Below are positions 60,344 to 64,000 of a stretch of 64,000 nucleotides of DNA, piece by piece. The stretch's first letter is position 1. Each line of letters begins with the position of its first letter. The translations under genes and the position numbers were made by a program. The notes under the pieces are model-generated. The model was not told where the DNA came from. It saw nothing but the letters and a program-made list of their open reading frames with translations, and made no database searches. The stretch comes from an uncultured Planctomycetaceae bacterium (GTDB lineage Bacteria > Planctomycetota > Planctomycetia > Isosphaerales > Isosphaeraceae). The stretch spans positions 928,001 through 992,000 of the forward strand of contig CAWIAD010000002.1 of assembly GCA_963833985.1 (NCBI GenBank). The letters run 5' to 3'.

Positions 60344-62374
60344 CTACATGAAGTAATCAAAATCGTGCTCCGTGCGGATCTTGCGGCGCATGCGCAGGAT
60401 GTGCACGGGGTTGACCCTGGGGTCGAGCTCCACGTAATTGGTCAGCCCCTGCCAGAGGAAGCGCTCGTCGCTGATCAGCTCGTGCACCTGGTACGTCTCG
60501 GACTGGCTCGAGCCCAGGTGCAGCTCGTGGACCGGCAGCTTCAGCCAGCCGGACTGCTTGTGGTACGGGTCCAGGTTCACCACCACGAAGACCAGGTTCG
60601 ACATGTCCGGCGTGGACTTGCCGTAGCAGAGGATCGCGTCGTTGTCGATCTCGAAGAAGCGGAGGTTACGGGTGTCGTGCAGCGCGGGGTTCTCGCGGCG
60701 GATCTGGTTCACCCGTGCGATGTAGTCGCGCAGGCTCCAGGGTACGTCCAGGTTCCAGTGCGAGATCTGGTATTTTTCGGAATCAAGGTACTCTTCCGAC
60801 CCCGGCCGCACCGGCGTGCCCACGCACTGCTCGAACACCGGCCCGTAGATGCCGTAGCTTGCCCCCAGCGTGGCCGCGAGCACCAGGCGGATGATGAATG
60901 CGGGCCGGCCGCCGACCTGGAGCGACTCGGGGTTGATGTCCGGCGTGTTGGCGAACAGGTTCCCACGCATGTACTCGGCTGATTCCGACTTCGTCAGCTC
61001 GGTGAGGTATTCGGTCAGCTCCCACTTGCTGTTCCGCCAGGTGAAATAGGTGTATGACTGCGAGTATCCCCCCTTGGCCAGCCGGCGCATCACCTTCGGG
61101 CGCGTGAACGCCTCGGACAGGAAGATCGCGTCGGGATGCCGGTTCCACACCTCCTGGATGACCCAGTCCCAGAACTCGAAGGGCTTGGTGTGCGGGTTGT
61201 CCACCCGGAAGATTGACACTCCATGGCCGATCCAGAACAGGAAGACGTCGCGTAGCTCGGACCAGAGGCCGCGGGCGTCGGCGCACTCGAAATCGAGCGG
61301 ATAGATGTCCTGGTATTTCTTGGGCGGGTTCTCAGCGTACTTGATGGTTCCGTCGGGACGGTGGCGGAACCAGCCGGGATGCTCGCGCACGTAGGGATGG
61401 TCGGGCGAGCACTGGAACGCGATGTCCAGCGCGATCTCGATGCCAAGGCCGCGCGCCCTGGCCACCAGGCGGTCAAAGTCGTCGAATGTCCCCAGCGCGG
61501 GATGGATCGCCTTGTGGCCCCCTTCCGGTCCGCCGATCGCCCATGGGCTGCCCGGGTCATCGGGTCCCGGAGTCAGCGTGTTGTTCGGCCCCTTCCTGAA
61601 GGCGCGTCCGATGGGGTGGATCGGGGGCAGGTAGAGCACGTCGAAGTTCATCTCGGCCACGTAAGGCAGCCGCGCCTCGACGTCGCGGAAGGTCCCGTGG
61701 CGGCCCGGCTCGGGCGCCGCCGAGCGCGGGAACATCTCGTACCAGGCCCCGAACCTGGCCCGCTCGCGCTCCACCATGATCCGCAGAGTCCGCCCGTACT
61801 GGCGGGCACCGGCGCGGTCGGGAGAGCGGGCCATCCGTTCCACCAGGTCCTGCTCCAGGCCCGCCCGTACTCGCGCCGGCTGACCTTCGGTACCGGCCAG
61901 GAACCTTGCCCGCTCGCGGAGCCATTCAGCGTCTTCCCCGCCGGCGCGCCCGGCGGCCTCGCGGACGAGCTGCGCCCCTTCCAGGAGCTCGCTGCCGAGC
62001 TCCTGCTGCCCGGCCTCGTGCTTCTTGATCAGCTCCTTGTGCCAGGTCACGTAGCGGTCAACTCGCGCCTCGATCGTATATTCATGCCAGCCCTGCCGCT
62101 CGACTGTGAACCGGCCCGTCCAGCGGTCATTGGACAGCAGGGTCATGGGAATCTCAACCCACTGCGGGGACGTGGCATCCTTGTGCTTCAGTGTTGCCAC
62201 GATCGAATCATGCCCGTCGGTGAAGATATCGGCAGAGACCACCACCTCCTCGCCGACGGTGCGCTTGATCGGGAACTGACCGCAATCAATTTCAGGCGAC
62301 ACTCCTTCGATGATCACCCGCGACCAGTCCCGTTCCCGCGGCGCGGCGGACCGCTCTACTGCTGCCGACGTCAT
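60344..62374 (-). CDS. glgE: Alpha-1,4-glucan:maltose-1-phosphate maltosyltransferase
   Basis: WYEMFPRS, YLPPIHPIG, QCSPDHP, YAENPPKKYQDIYP, FRVDNPHTKP, LSEAFT, SEKYQ; GGAGG RBS. Confidence 0.96.
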   Translation of the reverse strand: MTSAAVERSAAPRERDWSRVIIEGVSPEIDCGQFPIKRTVGEEVVVSADIFTDGHDSIVATLKHKDATSPQWVEIPMTLLSNDRWTGRFTVERQGWHEYTIEARVDRYVTWHKELIKKHEAGQQELGSELLEGAQLVREAAGRAGGEDAEWLRERARFLAGTEGQPARVRAGLEQDLVERMARSPDRAGARQYGRTLRIMVERERARFGAWYEMFPRSAAPEPGRHGTFRDVEARLPYVAEMNFDVLYLPPIHPIGRAFRKGPNNTLTPGPDDPGSPWAIGGPEGGHKAIHPALGTFDDFDRLVARARGLGIEIALDIAFQCSPDHPYVREHPGWFRHRPDGTIKYAENPPKKYQDIYPLDFECADARGLWSELRDVFLFWIGHGVSIFRVDNPHTKPFEFWDWVIQEVWNRHPDAIFLSEAFTRPKVMRRLAKGGYSQSYTYFTWRNSKWELTEYLTELTKSESAEYMRGNLFANTPDINPESLQVGGRPAFIIRLVLAATLGASYGIYGPVFEQCVGTPVRPGSEEYLDSEKYQISHWNLDVPWSLRDYIARVNQIRRENPALHDTRNLRFFEIDNDAILCYGKSTPDMSNLVFVVVNLDPYHKQSGWLKLPVHELHLGSSQSETYQVHELISDERFLWQGLTNYVELDPRVNPVHILRMRRKIRTEHDFDYFM

Positions 62375-62772
62375 CACTGCTCCTCCGCCCTGGCAATTCC
62401 GGCGGGCTGTGACGACTTTTTCGGGCCCGTCGTCCACCCGCCGGAGTCTCGTTCACGGCCGCACCTGCCAGAAGAATCACATTCGCATCGGAATGTCCAT
62501 GGTCTGCCCTCGGAACTCCCGGCAACCGGCACGCGACCCGTCCTGTCGGGCGCACTTTCCGAGGAACCGCCACAACTCCGGCGTTGGGCCTGGATGGCCG
62601 GAGCATATTTTACCCTGGAGACGAGAAACGGTCATCAAACCGCGTGCCGCGGCGCTTGAGGATGCGCGCGCGGCGATACGGGCCCGGCGGGCCGTGGTGG
62701 CGAGGACGATCGGTCGGCAGCAGCCGGTGAAGGCGAGGGATGCGGCCGTGAGCGGTCCGGATCACCGGCTCA

Positions 62773-63981
62773 TCACGCCGGATGGAGCTCGATCTTCCGG
62801 CCGGCCAGGCCGAGATTCTCGTCCACGTGGGCTTCGTCCCAGAGGTTGGAGATCACCGCCGAGATCCGCGGGTCCTGAAGCGCCCAGAGATAGGCCTTGA
62901 GCGGCGGCTTCAGGTCGCCCGGCACCACCTGCTCCACCTTCGCCACCCGCCACGAGGGAACCGGTTGCAGGCGCTTGTGGTGCGTGGCCACGGCATGCGC
63001 CGCCTTCATGGCGATGACCCCCAGGCCCTTCTCCGCCGCGCGGCCCAGGGATCCGTTCACGTAACCACCGTTGATGACATTATAGGCCACCATGGCCGCG
63101 TCGTAGCAACCCGCATCAGCAGCCGCGTCCAGCACCCCGGCCGGGTCGTTGTGCGAGGTCAGGCCCAGGAACCGGACCTTCCCCTGGCGCTTCAGCTCGC
63201 GGAGGACTTCGACCACGGCCGGCGCGGCGAGATCCTCGGCGAGGTCGGCGCCGTGGGGACACATGAGCAGATCGAAGTGGTCGGTTCCCACCCGCTTGAG
63301 GCTGCCCTCGATCGAGTCCATGATCGCCTGCCGCACTTCCCGGCTGCCCTCCACCCGCTCTCCGAACCCGGGCCGCATCGCCGCGCACAGGTAGGCCGAC
63401 GCGAATGCCCCTTGCTGGCCTGGAAAATAAGTGAGGAAGTAGCCGGGGTTCTCCAGCCGCCGGCGCTGCTTGATCTCCTGAGCCTTGCGGCGGATCGCCT
63501 CTTGCTGAAGCCCGGGCAGACCGTCGAGGACTTGCTTGTACAGGCGGGTTCGGACCCGGTTGAAGTCGCTGACCTTGGTGGTCAGGAACACCTTCTCACG
63601 CTTCGACGGCGAGCCGGCCAGGAGCTTTCCATACGCGCGTTCGGTGTCGCCGTTGTTGTAGGCGGGGGCCATGTCCAGGTAGTTCAACCCGCGCTCGATG
63701 GCCCGTTCCAGATGCTTGTAGTTCTGAAGAGTGATCGGGTCACCCCCGCAGACAACCTCGGAGATCATCATGCCGGTGCGGCCGAGCCGGCGGTACGCCA
63801 TGCCCGGCTGCTGGTTCCGGCATTCGCCCGACCCATCGCCGGGAGACCGCCCAGGATCCTGGCGATTTCCGGCGTTCGCCGTCGACCCGACTGCCAGTGC
63901 CAGCGCCGCGGTGCCGGCACGGAGAAACTCGCGCCGGGTGTCCTGCGAATCGTCCCTGGCCGACCGATCGTTCATCTCCAT
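62773..63981 (-). CDS. Aldo/keto reductase family protein with Tat-like signal
   Basis: YRRLGRTG, GLNYLDMAPAY, VFLTTK, SLKRVGTDHFD, GKVRFLGLTSH, GVIAMK; TRREFLRAG. Confidence 0.88.
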   Translation of the reverse strand: MEMNDRSARDDSQDTRREFLRAGTAALALAVGSTANAGNRQDPGRSPGDGSGECRNQQPGMAYRRLGRTGMMISEVVCGGDPITLQNYKHLERAIERGLNYLDMAPAYNNGDTERAYGKLLAGSPSKREKVFLTTKVSDFNRVRTRLYKQVLDGLPGLQQEAIRRKAQEIKQRRRLENPGYFLTYFPGQQGAFASAYLCAAMRPGFGERVEGSREVRQAIMDSIEGSLKRVGTDHFDLLMCPHGADLAEDLAAPAVVEVLRELKRQGKVRFLGLTSHNDPAGVLDAAADAGCYDAAMVAYNVINGGYVNGSLGRAAEKGLGVIAMKAAHAVATHHKRLQPVPSWRVAKVEQVVPGDLKPPLKAYLWALQDPRISAVISNLWDEAHVDENLGLAGRKIELHPA

Positions 63982-64000
63982 GGCTCTCTCCTCGCGGTGA

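Overview
GC-rich chromosomal window that looks like a planctomycete, probably Isosphaeraceae-like. This is inferred from the Ser/Thr kinase-TPR gene, a PEP-CTERM gene, the DUF1592/DUF1552 pair, a second-type DnaA ('RNHSTV') and lineage-typical vWA and 'PLYF..LERYGH' proteins. It holds about 42 protein-coding genes. These include surE, an ACE-like M2 peptidase, an FGE/SUMF1 protein, budA-alsS (acetoin), a TolC-family protein, PPi-dependent PEP carboxykinase, an OmpR/HK pair, nnrE, dnaA, an SPFH + NAD-kinase-like pair, an ECF sigma/anti-sigma/HtrA-like operon, phoU, guaB and glgE-glgB-treZ. I saw no rRNA, tRNA, CRISPR or transposase by eye. About 11 genes are broken by small indels, some of them compensating pairs; this most likely reflects long-read assembly error. 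Main leads: (1) a candidate ~215-nt sRNA/attenuator at 33076-33323 with its own promoter and two terminator-like hairpins, each with CAAGGA at the loop (CsrA-sponge-like), upstream of two paralogous membrane-anchored vWA genes; (2) an acetolactate decarboxylase with an N-terminal ribbon-helix-helix-like domain, and a perfect 16-bp palindrome ahead of its probable operon; (3) an HtrA/PDZ protein lacking the catalytic His and Asp in an ECF operon; (4) structured leaders before guaB and the PEP-CTERM gene; (5) a (GCAG)n tract overlapping a glycolipid synthase promoter. All family calls come from motif recognition, not database searches.
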